A stretch of 64,000 nt of DNA. Source: Candidatus Eiseniibacteriota bacterium (GTDB lineage Bacteria > Eisenbacteria > RBG-16-71-46 > CAVPCR01). Location: positions 608,001 through 672,000 of the forward strand of contig CAWGMA010000004.1 of the NCBI GenBank assembly GCA_963823555.1, read 5' to 3'. Under the pieces are notes generated by a model. That model ran no database searches. It had not been told where the DNA came from and worked only from the letters and a program-made list of their open reading frames with translations. Positions 31,044-45,494 of this stretch are shown here, in pieces (position 1 is the first letter of the stretch; every line of letters begins with the position of its first letter). The translations under genes were made by a program, and so were the position numbers.

Positions 31044-32564
31044 GTGCATCGGTCCCGGTTCCTCCCGCTGGTCACGGCCGCATGGTTCGCCCTCGGGATG
31101 GGGGCTTTCACCCCCGCCGCCAGCGCCCTCGATTGTACGGACTTTCCCGCCGGTGGCGTGCAGGTGAACTCCGTGGGGGATGGGGGCCAGACCGACCTGG
31201 CCCTGGTCCACGGTCCTGGCGACATCCTGCACGCGGCATGGGCCGATGCCCGGAGCGGACCGGCGGAGGTCTATTACGCCCAGTCCACCGATGGTGGTCT
31301 CACGTTCGGCGCCGGTCGCCGCGTCTCCCAGGCAACCCTGCCGATCACCGGTACGCCGGTGATCGATGTCGATGCCATGGGCACCATCGCCATCGGCTGG
31401 GCGGGCGAGGAGGCGGGGGACGTCGATGTCTATGTCGTGCGCTCGATCGATGGTGGGGCCACGTTCGCTCCCGAGGTGCGTGCGAACGACTGGGACCGGG
31501 GTGACGAGTCCTTCCCGGCGCTGCGCTTGACGCCGGGCGGCATCGCCTATGTCGGATGGATCGAACATCTGATCGAGGGTAGTCCGAGCGTGCGGCTGGC
31601 GCGGGCGCTGCCGGGACAGCCCTTCGAGGCCAGCACGCGCGTGAACACCGGCCCCGTCTACAGCTCCTGCGAGTGCTGCATCATCGACCTGGCGATCATC
31701 GGGGAGGAAGAGGTCTACGTCGCGTTCATGGCCAATCTCGACTATGTGCGCGACCTCTACGTCAGCCGGTCCAGCGACGGCGGGCAGACCTTCGCCGATC
31801 CGGTTCAGGTGAACGAGGGTCACTGGTTCGAGCCGGGATGCCCGACTTCCGGTCCCCGGCTCGACATCGGCCCGGCGGGAGATCTCCACATTGTATGGGT
31901 GGATCGCCACGACAATGCGCCGTTGCCCAGCGTCTACCACGCGCGCTCGACGGATGGCGGGCAGACATTCCTGCATCGCACCGCCCTGAACCAGCCCGGG
32001 GATTACCTCCAAGGCCACCCGGACTTCGCGGTCACACCGGACGGCGTCGTGCATGCGGTGTGGGAGGCGATCAACGACGCGACGTTCCTCTCCAACCTGG
32101 AATATGCCTACTCCACCGATGGCGGAACCACCTTCTCCACGCCCTGCGCCCTGAGTGGCGGGGCCGTCCACACGGAGTCGCTTCCCGTCGTGGCCCGGAC
32201 CCCGGGGGGTGGACTCGCCATCGGCTGGCACGACGATCGTGCCGGCGATACGGACTGTTACGTGACGACCGCGCAGGCCGTGGCTGGCGCCGCTAGTGCC
32301 GGTGCTCCGCCCACCCGCGCCTGGCCCACGGCGGCTCCGAATCCATTCACGAGCTCGCTCCGTATCGATCTACCCGCAGCCGACGTTCCATCCGCGCTTG
32401 CGATCTACGATGCCCAGGGCCGGTTGGTTCGCGATCTCCTCCCCGACGGGGCGCGCGTGGAATGGAACGGACGCGATTCCAGAGGCGCGGCCGTGCCGGC
32501 CGGCGTCTACTTCCTCAAGCACTCCGCTTCGGGGGGCACGTTGCGGGTGACCCGCCTCAATTAG
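31044..32564 (+). CDS. Asp-box (BNR) beta-propeller protein with FlgD/T9SS-like C-terminal domain
   Basis: AAGGAGG RBS and GTG start; five SxDGGxTF boxes; tail APNPF...WNGRD...AGVYF. Confidence 0.85.
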   Translation: MHRSRFLPLVTAAWFALGMGAFTPAASALDCTDFPAGGVQVNSVGDGGQTDLALVHGPGDILHAAWADARSGPAEVYYAQSTDGGLTFGAGRRVSQATLPITGTPVIDVDAMGTIAIGWAGEEAGDVDVYVVRSIDGGATFAPEVRANDWDRGDESFPALRLTPGGIAYVGWIEHLIEGSPSVRLARALPGQPFEASTRVNTGPVYSSCECCIIDLAIIGEEEVYVAFMANLDYVRDLYVSRSSDGGQTFADPVQVNEGHWFEPGCPTSGPRLDIGPAGDLHIVWVDRHDNAPLPSVYHARSTDGGQTFLHRTALNQPGDYLQGHPDFAVTPDGVVHAVWEAINDATFLSNLEYAYSTDGGTTFSTPCALSGGAVHTESLPVVARTPGGGLAIGWHDDRAGDTDCYVTTAQAVAGAASAGAPPTRAWPTAAPNPFTSSLRIDLPAADVPSALAIYDAQGRLVRDLLPDGARVEWNGRDSRGAAVPAGVYFLKHSASGGTLRVTRLN

Positions 32565-32569
32565 GCAAA

Positions 32570-32881
32570 CTAGATCTCGTTCACCGGCCGCCGGCGCCTG
32601 CTCACCCGCTTCTCCTTCTTCCGCCGGCGCTGTGTCTCGAGCTTGTGCAGGACCTGCTGGATCGCTTCCTGCATGTTGAAGCCACGAGCCTCCCCGCGGT
32701 AGTACCCGCTCCGCGAGTGAATCCGGCCGCGAGCCCGGATCTCGGCGCCTTCCGGCTCCAGGATCCACTCGACGGCGACGATGCTCTGGAAATAGCGGTC
32801 CAGTTCCTCCGCGGCGGCGCGAGCCAGTCGATTGGCCAGAGCCTTGTCGCCGGGAATCCGGCAGGTGACGATGATGACCAT
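32570..32881 (-). CDS. HPF/RaiA-like ribosome-associated protein
   Basis: ~103 aa; LDRYF, then NMQEAIQQVLHKLETQRRRKKEK resembling the HPF C-terminal helix. Confidence 0.6.
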   Translation of the reverse strand: MVIIVTCRIPGDKALANRLARAAAEELDRYFQSIVAVEWILEPEGAEIRARGRIHSRSGYYRGEARGFNMQEAIQQVLHKLETQRRRKKEKRVSRRRRPVNEI

Positions 32882-32894
32882 CGGAGATTCTCCC

Positions 32895-35804
32895 TTATCG
32901 CCTAGAGGCATGGACGGCCCGGCTCGATGAGCGAGTCGAGCCGCGGCCGGTGAGGAGAGCTACAGGAAGATCGGTGAGAATCTGCGCCACCTTGAGGCGG
33001 CGCGTTCCGCCCGGCGCGCGTTCGGTAGCGAGTTCATGGCCGGTGAGCGCGTCGATCCAGTGGAATGGAGCTCCTCCCGGGAGCGCGACCGCGGTCGCGC
33101 CCCAGGTCCGCGGGCCGAGCGGCATGCGGCGTCCGGCGCCGAGTGCCACGGGCAGCCGGGGCACGATGGCCAGGGCCCACTTCTTCCCGCGCACGCGCGC
33201 GAAGGCACAGATGTGGTCACGCTGTTTCCCGGTGGTACGCAGGGGAAGGTAGCGGCCCGACAGGAACAGCGCGGGTTCATCCCGCCGCAAGGACAGCGCC
33301 TTCCACAAGACGTGGAGCTTGATGGCGCCATCCTTCCACCGGGCGCGCATCTCGGTGAATCGGCGCGCGCCAAAGCCGCGGCCGAGGCCGGCCAGAAGCC
33401 GGGCGTTCAGAGCGAAATCGACCGGACCCCGGTTGTCGGGGTCCACGAGCCGCAGATCCCAGCGCTCGGCGCCCTGGTAGAGATCGGAAACGCCGGGAGC
33501 GGCGATGCGCAGGATGACCTGGGCCAGCCCGTTGACGGCGCCGGCCCGCGCCACCGGTTCCAGAAAGCGCTTGAAGTCGGCTAGGAATCGGTTGCCGGTG
33601 CCCGGCGCCAGGATGCGATCGGTGAAGGCGAGGAGGGCCGCTTCGTATTCGGCATCCGGCGCCACCCAGCTCGAGTTCACCTTGGCCTCGCGCGCTGCCT
33701 TGACGAGATACTCCTTCACGCGGCGGCGAAAGGCCGGTACGTCGCGCGGGGCGAGCGGCCAGGCGCCAAGGAGCGTCTGGTAGATGTGTGCCTCCACGTT
33801 GCGGTCGGGAACCAGCCGGCCGCGAACCGCCGGCCGCTTCCGAGCGTTCTGGCGATGCCACCGTTTGAGCCGGCGCTCCCAGATCTGCGGCATCTCGCTC
33901 AAGACCTGCAGGCGCGCGCGCACATCCTCCCCGCGTTTCGTGTCGTGGGTGGTCGTCGTGTTCATCGTGAGCGGTAGCCGGCGCGCACGTCGCGCCATCC
34001 GCTGGTGGAACTCCTGCGTGCCCAGCCCATCGCTTCCCGGCTCACCGCCCACATCGTTCAGCGCCAGGAGGCGGTTGTAGGTGTAGAAGGCCGTGTCCTC
34101 GACCCCCTTCGCCATGATCGGCCCGGTGAACTGCTGCCAGCGCATGACGAATGCGAGCCGGTCCGCCTGATCGGTTGCCGGGAGCTCGGCGGCCCCGGAG
34201 AGCAAGAGCACCCGGCGTACGAAATCGAAGGCGACATCGTTGATGCCGGGATTGAGGCGCCGGGCCAGGGCGATGGCGCGCTCGATCTCCCGCCGCTCGC
34301 GGGCCGGCGCCATGAGGTCGCGAACATACGTGCGATAGACGGAGAAGCAGATCATCACGGCGGACAAGGCCTGTTCGAGCTCGTCCGCCGGCAGGAGGCG
34401 GGCACGGGCATCCCGGGTGGCGAGTCGCATCAGAGCGAGGATCAGCGCCGAAAGCTCCGCTCCGAAGTGCATCGCCACGACGTGTCGCTTGCTCTCGAGA
34501 ATGTGCTCGGCGAACGGGCGCTCGTCTCCGGTGAAGCGAGCGTAGACCCCGGTGAGAGCGCCGCAGCCGGCGCCGTCCACCAGGAGCTCATTCACGAGAT
34601 TGAGGAAATCGTACCCGGTGGTCCCCTGAACCGGCCACTCCGGAGGCAGGTCCTCATCCGCCCCGAGGATCTTCTCGACGATGACATAGGCGTGCGGCCC
34701 GATCTCCGCGCGTATCCGCTCGAGGTAATCGAAGGGGTCAGCCAGCCCGTCGATGTGATCCACGCGTAAGCCGGCGATGAACCCGGAGCGCATGAGTTTG
34801 AGTAGAAAGCCATGACGAAGCGCGAAGACTTGCGGATCCTCGATACGTAGGCTTACGAGGTCGGTGATGTTGAAGAAGCGGCGATAGTTGCCGTCGTCGA
34901 CGCCCAGCCGCCAGTAGGCGAGGCGATAGTGCTGGATCCCGAGCAAACGGTCCAGGGCTTCGAAGCTCTGCGGGTCGCCGCGCCGGCCGTTCATCGCCCG
35001 CACGCGAGCGGCGAGAAACCGCTGGACGCGGGGCACGCTCGCGGCGAGCGCGTGAAGCTCGGCCTTGATCGCCAGGCGCCGGCGGTGATGGCTGGCGGCC
35101 GTGAGCCGCGGTGCGGAGTCGGCGAATCGGACCACCCGCTCGAGGTGCCGGTACCAGGCCCCGGCCACCTGCCGGTCGAGCTCACGCCCGAGCCCGGCGG
35201 CGTCGGGGCCGAGGATGAGCGGATAGGTCTCCACCCCCACCGGCAGTCGATGCTCGTAGTAGCGAATGCAGAAGCCCGCTGCGTCGAGCTCCAGCCGCAG
35301 CTGCCCGTCATAGAGAACCTGGCCGTAACGCGAGCCGAGAATGGGGACCAGCACCCGGCCCTTGAGATCGGGACGCGGCGGATTCCAGTTGATGTCGAAG
35401 GTGGCGGCGTGCGGCGAGAACATCCCCGCCTCGAGCACATCGGACCACCATGGGTTCTCCGTGCTCGCCGCCATGTGGTTGGGCACGACATCGAGCAGAA
35501 TCCCCATCCCGTACCGGCGGAGACGGTCGACCAGAGAGGTGAAGCCGGCCGCGCCTCCGATCTCCGGGTTGATCTGGTTCGGATCGACCACGTCATAGCC
35601 ATGGCTGCTGCCGCGACGGGCCTTGAAGATGGGCGAGGCATAGATGTGGGTGATGCCCAGGGCATGCAGATAGGGCACCAGGGCTTCGGCCTCGGCGAAG
35701 CCGAATGCGGCGTTGAGCTGTAACCGATAGGTGGCGATCGGAGCCGCGATTCCCGGGCGGCGCGTGGCGAGCGCTCGGCGGCGGTCGGTGCTCGTCATGC
35801 TCAC
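32895..35804 (-). CDS. treY: Malto-oligosyltrehalose synthase
   Basis: ATYRLQ, SSHGYDV, DVVPNHM, NYRRFF, GLRVDHIDGL, AKGVEDT, THDTKRGED, LVDPDNR. Confidence 0.97.
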   Translation of the reverse strand: MSMTSTDRRRALATRRPGIAAPIATYRLQLNAAFGFAEAEALVPYLHALGITHIYASPIFKARRGSSHGYDVVDPNQINPEIGGAAGFTSLVDRLRRYGMGILLDVVPNHMAASTENPWWSDVLEAGMFSPHAATFDINWNPPRPDLKGRVLVPILGSRYGQVLYDGQLRLELDAAGFCIRYYEHRLPVGVETYPLILGPDAAGLGRELDRQVAGAWYRHLERVVRFADSAPRLTAASHHRRRLAIKAELHALAASVPRVQRFLAARVRAMNGRRGDPQSFEALDRLLGIQHYRLAYWRLGVDDGNYRRFFNITDLVSLRIEDPQVFALRHGFLLKLMRSGFIAGLRVDHIDGLADPFDYLERIRAEIGPHAYVIVEKILGADEDLPPEWPVQGTTGYDFLNLVNELLVDGAGCGALTGVYARFTGDERPFAEHILESKRHVVAMHFGAELSALILALMRLATRDARARLLPADELEQALSAVMICFSVYRTYVRDLMAPARERREIERAIALARRLNPGINDVAFDFVRRVLLLSGAAELPATDQADRLAFVMRWQQFTGPIMAKGVEDTAFYTYNRLLALNDVGGEPGSDGLGTQEFHQRMARRARRLPLTMNTTTTHDTKRGEDVRARLQVLSEMPQIWERRLKRWHRQNARKRPAVRGRLVPDRNVEAHIYQTLLGAWPLAPRDVPAFRRRVKEYLVKAAREAKVNSSWVAPDAEYEAALLAFTDRILAPGTGNRFLADFKRFLEPVARAGAVNGLAQVILRIAAPGVSDLYQGAERWDLRLVDPDNRGPVDFALNARLLAGLGRGFGARRFTEMRARWKDGAIKLHVLWKALSLRRDEPALFLSGRYLPLRTTGKQRDHICAFARVRGKKWALAIVPRLPVALGAGRRMPLGPRTWGATAVALPGGAPFHWIDALTGHELATERAPGGTRRLKVAQILTDLPVALLTGRGSTRSSSRAVHASRR

Positions 35805-38221
35805 TCCCCGACGTGGATACCGAGTAGCTCGCCGAGCGAGGTGAAGTAGCGCATCCAGGTCGTCGCCCCTGGCGTCTGACGGTCCCGCATCCGGGGATCG
35901 ATCTCACGCATCAGTTCATGGAACTGGTTCTGGACCCGCCACAGGTTGGAGTCGAGGTTGGTGCTCACCGCGATGCGGACCAGGCCCTGGATCCGCTGCA
36001 AGAGGGCGAGCTTCTCAGGAGTCCTGGCAAAGGACTCCATCAGGCGCTCCAGGGTACGGGTCATGGCATAGCCGAGTCCCGCGGTATCGAGGGCGACTCG
36101 CTCGAGCTCGGCCGCGCTCAGGAGCGAGCGAATGTGATCGAGGTCGGGCTCTTCCTCGGCCAGGGCGCGGCCGATCGAGCTGTTGAGCGCGAACTCGGCC
36201 GCATTGTGCAGTGCTCTGGGAGCCGGGGTTCCGAGCTCGGCCAGGAAGCGGAGGATCGGGGCATGGTGCTCGTAGATTTGGCGCATCGTGCTCTCCGCGT
36301 CGGCGAGCGTTGTCTCCAGGATGAGCCCGATCACCTTGCGCTGCTCATCGCGGAAGAGCGAACGCAGGGAGGAGGTGACACCCGCGAAGTGGTGGTCGAG
36401 CACGCGCACCGTGGCCGGCAGGTCACCGGTCACGAACGCCTCGCTGGCTTCCTGCACCAGCGAGTCATAGGCCTCGGTCCCGCGGTACTCGCGCACGCCG
36501 GCCTGGATGTTGTGATCGCCGAAGTGCAGGACACCGTAGCTCAGGTTGGCCGTCTCTCCGGTGATCTCGGAGGTGATGCGCGCCCGGCCGACCAGGAGCC
36601 GGCGCCGCCCGGCATGGGCGCGCATGGCGTCCTCGCGATCCACGGCATAGCAGTAGATCCGGTCCTTGTCGGCATAGCTCTCGAAGAGCGAGCTGATGGC
36701 ATAGTGGGCAGCCACGCTCTTCAGGTCGACCATGGCGGGACGGACGAACTTCTCGTAGATGCGCTGGCCGTCTCCATGTTCGGGGAGGTTGCTCTTGGCC
36801 GCGCTCAGGCGCTCGAGGAATCCCGCCTCGAGGTCATCAGCCCCCAGCACCCGCTCGGCGAGCTGGAGGGCGCGTCCGGCGTACTGGATGACCTGCACGG
36901 TCTCGATGCCCGAGAGCTCGTCGAAGAACCAGCCGCAGCTCGTGTACATGAGCATGGCATGCCGCTGGAGCTCGAGGAGCTCGAGGGCGGCGACCCGGTC
37001 CTCCGGTGCGAGATCCTGACGGGCGTGGCGCGTGAAGAACGCCGCCTGGCTCTCGAGCGAGCGATCGAGAACAACCCGGATGTAGTCGTCCCGCGCCGCC
37101 CAGGGATCCTCGAGCAGGCGCCCTGCTTTCTCCTCGAAGCGGGGAGCCAGGGCGTCGCGCAGCCAGTCGAGCGCGTCGCGGAGCGGAGTGCGCCATTCTT
37201 GATTCCATCCGGCGTGGCCCGTGTTGCAGCTGCAGTCGCGATACCAGCGACCGACACCGTGCACGCAGCTCCAGGCCGTCGGCGTGAAGAGTTCGACTTC
37301 GTGCGTTGGGGGATGACGTTCCAGGAACTCGCCGTAGATGGTGAGCGTCACCGCGGGTGCTTCCTCGATGGTGTGAAGCGCATACGCCAGGGCCATATCC
37401 CCGTGGTGATGGTGATGTCCGTAGCTCTCGCCATCGGTGGCGATGTGTCCGAGCTGCGGCCAGTCGCGCTCGTCGGACAGCGTGTCGAGGAGTCGCTCGG
37501 CGAAGCGCCGTCCGTCGGAGAGAAGGCCCTCGAAGGCGACGCCATGGGAGACCGGGCCATCGTAGAAGAAGACGGCGATCGAGCGGCCGCTGGGCAGGTT
37601 CACGCGATAGGCCCGGCTGGGATCGATCCGGGCGCCGCTGACATCATGCCAGCCGCGGCCACCGATGCGGCGCACGCGCCGCGCCTGCCCCGGGGCGAGA
37701 ATGGTGAAGGCGATCCCTTGCTCGGCGAGCGCTTCGAGGCTCGCCTCATCGACCGCAGTCTCCGGGAGCCACATTCCCTCCGGCCGTCGGCCGAACCGGT
37801 GCTCGAAATCGGCGATCCCCCATATCACCTGGGTGTGCCGATCGCGCTCGGTGGCCAGGGGCAAGATCATGTGGTTGTAGACCTGGGCGGTGGCGCAGCC
37901 ATGTCCGGAGAATCGCCCCTGGCTCTCACGATCCGCGTCGAGGACCGCCGCATAGGTCTGTGGCGCTCTCTCCGCGAGCCAGCTCAGGAGCGTCGGCCCG
38001 AAATTGAAACTGATTCGCGAATAGTTGTTGACGATCTGCTCGATCCGTCCGCTCTCGCCCAGGATGCGTGACGCGCCGTTGGGAGTGTAGCACTCGGCGG
38101 TGATTCGCTCGTTCCAGTCGTGGTACGGGTAGGCCGAATCCTGGAGCTCGATGGCCTCCAGCCACGGGTTCTCGCGCGGCGGCTGGTAGAAGTGTCCATG
38201 CAGGCAGACGTAACGCTCCAT
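35801..38221 (-). CDS. GH57 / DUF3536 domain protein
   Basis: HGHFYQPPRENPW, GMWLPETA, ATDGESYGHH, MYTSCGWFF. Confidence 0.93.
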   Translation of the reverse strand: MERYVCLHGHFYQPPRENPWLEAIELQDSAYPYHDWNERITAECYTPNGASRILGESGRIEQIVNNYSRISFNFGPTLLSWLAERAPQTYAAVLDADRESQGRFSGHGCATAQVYNHMILPLATERDRHTQVIWGIADFEHRFGRRPEGMWLPETAVDEASLEALAEQGIAFTILAPGQARRVRRIGGRGWHDVSGARIDPSRAYRVNLPSGRSIAVFFYDGPVSHGVAFEGLLSDGRRFAERLLDTLSDERDWPQLGHIATDGESYGHHHHHGDMALAYALHTIEEAPAVTLTIYGEFLERHPPTHEVELFTPTAWSCVHGVGRWYRDCSCNTGHAGWNQEWRTPLRDALDWLRDALAPRFEEKAGRLLEDPWAARDDYIRVVLDRSLESQAAFFTRHARQDLAPEDRVAALELLELQRHAMLMYTSCGWFFDELSGIETVQVIQYAGRALQLAERVLGADDLEAGFLERLSAAKSNLPEHGDGQRIYEKFVRPAMVDLKSVAAHYAISSLFESYADKDRIYCYAVDREDAMRAHAGRRRLLVGRARITSEITGETANLSYGVLHFGDHNIQAGVREYRGTEAYDSLVQEASEAFVTGDLPATVRVLDHHFAGVTSSLRSLFRDEQRKVIGLILETTLADAESTMRQIYEHHAPILRFLAELGTPAPRALHNAAEFALNSSIGRALAEEEPDLDHIRSLLSAAELERVALDTAGLGYAMTRTLERLMESFARTPEKLALLQRIQGLVRIAVSTNLDSNLWRVQNQFHELMREIDPRMRDRQTPGATTWMRYFTSLGELLGIHVGE

Positions 38222-38236
38222 CCTTGTTTCGCTCCT

Positions 38237-40073
38237 TCAGCGCGTGAAGAGGACCACGGACTCCGGGCTCAGGTGGATCTGGGCGCTCGGTTGGACCGTT
38301 TCGGGGATCGAGCTCCCGGGGCCGGCCCAGCGCTCGGCCGCGGAGTCGAGCCGCAAGCGCCAGGGACCCGGCTCGGAGGCGACCGTGATCGGGACTGGTT
38401 GCCGGCCGAAGTTGATGAGAGTGATCGCCCGCGCCGGATGGAGCCCCCGGTCCAGACGCAGCACCCGCGTCGCTTGATCCCCGTGGACCACCATCTCTTC
38501 CTTCTTCAAGCGGGCGAGGGCCGGGATCTCCCGGCGCAGGCGCAAGCACTCGGCATGGAAGCGATACAGCGCCTGATGGCGGCCTTCATGGCGCAGCCCA
38601 TGGTCGAGGCGCGCGCTCAGGAATGTCTCCTCGGCCTGCGGATCAGGGATCTCCCCTTCCCAGGCGAAGCCGGCGAACTCCTCCTGCCTTCCGTGACGCA
38701 CCGCCGCCACCAGATCGGGATCGGAATGGCTCACGAAGTAGGGAAAGGGTGCGGTCTCCCCGTACTCCTCGCCCATGAACAGGAGCGGAATGAAGGGGGA
38801 TAGGATGACGGCACCGGCCGCGACCTTGAGCGCTTCGAAGGAGACAAGCTGGCTCCGCCGGTCGCCTTGCCGGCGATTCCCCACCTGATCATGGTTCTGC
38901 GAGAAGACGACGAAGCGATCGGCGGGAACGGCGAGCGACGAGGTGCCGTGACGGCGGCGGCGAAAGCCCGAGTACTGCCCGGAGAGGACGAACCCCTCGC
39001 GGTACGCCTTGACGAGGTCGTCGAAGTGGCTGAAGTCCGCGTAGTAGCCGTCCTTCTCTCCCGTGAGGACGCAATGGAGCGCGTGGTGGAGGTCATCGTT
39101 CCACTGGGCGTCGAAACCGAGTCCGCCGGCTTCGGTCGGACGGAGAACGCGCACATCGTTGAGGCTGCTCTCGGCGACCACCTGGACCTCGCGCTCCAGG
39201 GCCGTCGAGCTCTGCTTGACGGCGGCCACGAGCTCTCCCAGGAAGGGGGATCCCGAGAAATCGAAGATGCCGTGCACGGCATCCACGCGCAGGATGTCGA
39301 TGTGGAAGTCGACGATCCAGGACACGGCGTTCTGGATGAAGAAGTCGCCGGACCTCGTCGCTGTCCGGACCGTCGAAGTTGACGGCCATCCCCCAGGGTG
39401 TGCGGTAGCGGCCGGAGAAGTAGGGCGCGAAGTCGCCGAGGTAGTTGCCCTCGGGTCCGAGATGGTTGTAGACCACATCGAGCGCCACGGCGAGACCACG
39501 CTCGTGGCAGGCGTCGACGAAGTTCATGAGCCCGGACGGACCGCCATAGCTCGCCTGCACCGCATAGGGATAGACGCCGTCGTAGCCCCAGTTGCGCTCG
39601 CCGGGGAACTGGGCGACCGGCATGATCTCGATCGCGGTCACGCCGAGGTCGCTGAGCGCGTCGAGGTGCGCGATCGCGGCGTCGAAGGTGCCCTCGGCGG
39701 TGAACGTGCCGACGTGGAGCTCGTAGAAGACGAGCTTCTGGCGGGGGAGGCCGCGCCAGGAGCGATCGTGCCAGGCGTGAGCCGCGACGTCGACGACCGC
39801 CGAGGGGCCGTGCACGCCCCGCGGCTGGGAGCGCGAGGCGGGATCGGGTCGCTCGCGTTCCCCGTCCGAGCGGTGGAGCCGGTAGAGGTAGAGATGTCCA
39901 GGGCTGACACCATCGAGGACGCCCTCGTGATAGCCGCGCGCGGTCCTGTTGAGGGCATGAACGCGCTCGACCGGTTCGACGATGCGCACCTCGACCTGTT
40001 CGGCGGCCGGGGCCCAGACCCGGAAGCGACAGCGCCCCCCGGAGAGCGGGATGGCGCCGAGATCAGGCGTCAT
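38237..40073 (-). CDS. treZ: Malto-oligosyltrehalose trehalohydrolase (frameshift near 39350)
   Basis: [49 protein letters not shown]. Confidence 0.95.
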
Positions 40074-42033
40074 GGGTCGCGCTCTTGAAGAAGACCGCCG
40101 CCAGCGGCGGCAGCACCACGTTCACCGACCAGCGGCGACCATGCGCCGGGATCGGAGTCGCCTCGAGGCCGCCGAGGTTGCCCTGCCCGCTGCCGCCGTA
40201 GATCGACGCGTCTCCGTTCAGGATCTCGCGCCAGGCGCCGCTCCGCGGCACGCCCACGCGATAGTTGTGACGGGGAATCGGCGTCAGATTCATGGCCACG
40301 AGGATCACGTCGGCGGGGTTCCGGCCGCGGCGCAGGAACGAGAGAACGCTGTTCTCGGAGTCGTTGGCATCCACCCACTCGAACCCGGCCGGGTTCGTAT
40401 CGAACTCATGCAGGGCCGGCTCGCTCTTGTAGATGCGGTTGAGATCGGCCACCCAGCGCGCGATGCCCTGGTGTAGCGGCTCCGCCAGGAGATGCCAGTC
40501 CAGGCTCGTCTCGTGGTACCACTCGTTCCACTGGCCGAAATCCCCCCCCATGAACAGGAGCTTCTTCCCGGCTGGGCGTACATGTAGCCGAGAAGCAGGC
40601 GCAGGTTGGCGAACTTCTGCCAATGGTCCCCCGCCATGCGCTGCAGCAGCGAGCCCTTGCCGTGAACGACCTCGTCGTGGGAGAGGGGGAGCACGAAGTT
40701 CTCGTGAAAGGCATACAGCATGCGGAAGGTCAGGTCGTTGTGATGGAAGCGGCGGTGAATCGGATCCAGGGCCATGTACTTCAAGCGTGTCGTGCATCCA
40801 GCCCATGTCCCACTTGAGCCCGAATCCGAGCCCGCCGACATAGAGCGGGCGAGAGACCATCGGCCAGGAGGTCGATTCCTCGGCGATCGTCTGCACATCA
40901 GGAAAGCGGGCGTAGATCGCCTCGTTCAAGCTGCGCAGGAAGGAGATGGCCTCGAGGTTCTCCCGCCCCCCGTAACGATTCGGGATCCACTCGCCTTCGC
41001 GGCGCGAGTAGTCGAGATAGAGCATCGAGGCCACGGCATCCACGCGCAGCCCGTCGGCGTGGTACTTGTCGAGCCACAGGAAGGCGCTGCTGAGGTCAGG
41101 AAGCTCCGGACCTCGTTCCGTCCGTAGTTGAAGATGTAGCTGTTCCAGTCGGGGTGGAATCCCTGGCGCGGATCCTGGTGCTCGAAGAGGTGAGTGCCGT
41201 CGAAGTAGCAAAGGCCGTGCTCGTCGCTCGGGAAGTGCGAGGGAACCCAGTCGAGGATGACCCCGATGCCGCGCTGGTGGAGGTAGTCGATCAGGTACAT
41301 GAAGTCCTGAGGCGAGCCGTAACGACTCGTGGGCGCGAAGAAGCCGGTGACCTGGTAGCCCCATGAACCGTAGAAGGGATGCTCCATGACCGGCAGGATC
41401 TCGACGTGGGTGATAGCCCATGCGCTCGACATGATCGGCGAGAGCCGGCGCCAGCTCCCGGTAGGTGAGGGGACGGTTTCCCTCCTCCGTGACGCGGCGC
41501 CAGGATCCGAGGTGGACCTCGTAGATGGCGATCGGGCCCGCGAGCGAGTTCTTCGGCGCGCGTCCGGCCATCCACTCGGCGTCGCCCCAGGTGTAGTCCA
41601 GGTCCCAGACCACCGAGGCGGTGCGGGGTGGCACCTCGTGCTTGACAGCGAAGGGATCGGCCTTGTCCACGCGGTAGCCGTTGTGCCGTGACTGGATGTG
41701 GTACTTGTAAACGCTCCCGCGTTCCACTCCCGGGATGAACCCCTGCCAGATCCCAGATGAACTCGGCCGCAATGGATGTTGCTTCTTGCTCCAGCCGTTG
41801 AATTCCCCGCTCACGAAGACCTGCTCCGCATTGGGGGCCCACACGGCGAACTGGGTGCCGAGAACGCCGTCGAGGGAGATGACGTGCGATCCCAGTCTGT
41901 CATAGAGACCGGTGTGGGTGCCCTCGTTCATCAGATAGTGATCCTGATCGCCGATCCACTTGGGGTTGGCTTCGACCGTCTGGGCTCCGGGGGGTCTGGG
42001 CCTGGCCGAACGGATATCGCGAGACATGGTCAT
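40070..42033 (-). CDS. glgB: 1,4-alpha-glucan branching enzyme (several frameshifts)
   Basis: [55 protein letters not shown]. Confidence 0.95.
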
Positions 42034-42097
42034 CGCGGGCCTCCTTTCAATTGAAGGGAGAGAGGATAGGCGGGGCGCCGCGGCCGCGGACGGGACG

Positions 42098-45436
<3,339 letters not shown>

Positions 45437-45494
45437 AATCTCCGATTTTGAGTGCTATACCGTCCGTGGCCATTGTGCCGAGCCTGCGTTGTTG

